Shown: positions 62,957-64,000 of the stretch, piece by piece
Layout: each line of letters begins with the position of its first letter
How positions within the stretch are numbered: position 1 is the stretch's first letter
Source: a virus
DNA: 64,000 bases
Direction: 5' to 3' (one strand)
Virus record (IMG/VR): IMGVR_UViG_3300022752_000027
Coordinates: 59,736-123,735 of that record
Notes under the pieces: generated by a model
Seen by the model: only the letters and a program-made list of their open reading frames with translations
Told to the model about the DNA's origin: nothing
Databases searched by the model: none
Position numbers and translations under genes: made by a program

Positions 62957-64000
62957 ATGAGTGAAAAAGAAACAGCTACTGCCGAGACTACGTCTATAGA
63001 GCAAGTAGATATTGACCTAGATAGTTTAGACTTTTTAGGGACACCGGGAGCAGAAAACGTTATGCTTCCAGAGGAACAGAAACCTAGTGTATTTTCAAGA
63101 GGATCTGTAGACCTCAGTTTTATTGACAAAGATTCATCTGATGAAAAAGATGAAACAAAGGAACCAGAAGTAAAGATTGATGACGTAATTCAGGAAGTAG
63201 ACCCTGATAGCGACTTTAGACCTAAAGCAGAAACAAAGACGGAAGAAAATCCTGAAACAAAAGCTGGAAGACCTAAGGTAGAAAAGAATGGAATGGCTGA
63301 AGTAGTTAATAAACTAATTGAAGCTGGTAAGATTATTCCATTTGATGATGATAAACCTCTTGAGGAATATTCATTAAAAGACTATCAAGAACTGATTGAA
63401 GCAAACTTTCAAGAAATTGAAAATAAAGTACGTCAGCAAACTCCAATTGAATTCTTTGATTCACTGCCTCAAGAATTGCAATATGCTGCTAAATATGTAG
63501 CAGATGGAGGACAAGACCTTAAAGGTTTATTTAAGGTACTTGCCGCAGCAGAGGAGGTTAGAGAATTAAATCCAACAGTGGAGCAGGACCAAGAACAAAT
63601 TGTAAGAGAATATCTTAAAGTTACTAAGTTCGGAAGTCCAGAAGATATTCAAGAAGAAATTGATGCATGGAAAGATCGTGGGGATCTTGAAGCTAAAGCA
63701 TTGAAGTTCAAACCAAAATTGGATGCAATGCAAGAAGAAGTTGTACAACACAGAGTTGCACAACAAGAACAAATGCGTCAACAACAGCAGCAAGCTGCAC
63801 AACAATACATGGAAAATGTATATAATACTGTAAGTGCTGCTGATATAAATGGACTGAAGCTGGATAAAAAGGTTCAAGGCATGTTATATAATGGTCTTGT
63901 ACAACCAAACTATCCATCTATCTCAGGAAGACCTACTAATATGTTAGGACATCTTCTAGAGAAATATCAGTACGTTGAACCTAACTATCCGTTAATTCTG
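62957..64000 (+). CDS. acidic putative capsid scaffolding/structural protein; truncated at window edge
   Basis: Not in the ORF track. Open from ATG 62957 (MSEKETATAETTSIEQVDIDL...) to the window end; follows portal as in crAss-like head modules. Confidence 0.7.
   Translation, partial: MSEKETATAETTSIEQVDIDLDSLDFLGTPGAENVMLPEEQKPSVFSRGSVDLSFIDKDSSDEKDETKEPEVKIDDVIQEVDPDSDFRPKAETKTEENPETKAGRPKVEKNGMAEVVNKLIEAGKIIPFDDDKPLEEYSLKDYQELIEANFQEIENKVRQQTPIEFFDSLPQELQYAAKYVADGGQDLKGLFKVLAAAEEVRELNPTVEQDQEQIVREYLKVTKFGSPEDIQEEIDAWKDRGDLEAKALKFKPKLDAMQEEVVQHRVAQQEQMRQQQQQAAQQYMENVYNTVSAADINGLKLDKKVQGMLYNGLVQPNYPSISGRPTNMLGHLLEKYQYVEPNYPLIL

Noticed and set aside
1-64000. Stop-codon reassignment as in some crAss-like phages
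   Set aside because: Long genes (TerL, portal, proteases, primase, helicase) are intact in the standard code, TAG and TGA end genes at tight junctions, and no suppressor tRNA is present

Overview
A 64 kb piece of an AT-rich, tailed dsDNA phage genome, most consistent with a crAss-like (Crassvirales-related) phage of a Bacteroidota host. Evidence for the host: TAnnTTTG promoter boxes, A-rich starts with no Shine-Dalgarno, and a crAss-type TerL/portal/IHF block. Positions 1-30.4 kb are almost all minus strand: a truncated DNA polymerase, PD-(D/E)XK nuclease, MoxR-type ATPase with a vWA metallopeptidase, primase, SSB, AAA ATPase, DnaB helicase, UDG, SPL-family radical SAM enzyme, GroES, ClpS, SF2 helicase, HNH and PhoH. 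That half also has a small tRNA cluster (two canonical tRNAs, two atypical tRNA-like RNAs) and a hairpin-rich, probably early region at about 25.6-29.7 kb. Positions 30.45-64 kb are plus strand: tail fibre, a 13.3 kb tandem array of six subtilisin-family (S8) protease paralogues, the lysis cassette, more modular fibre-like proteins, then nuclease, terminase, portal and a truncated scaffold-like gene. The most striking feature is the six-protease array. All six keep the Asp-His-Ser triad, lack signal peptides, share an unrecognised N-terminal module and CARDB-like C-terminal domains, and differ at a substrate-binding strand. Several undescribed-looking non-coding elements are also present. All calls come from reading motifs by eye; no database searches were run.
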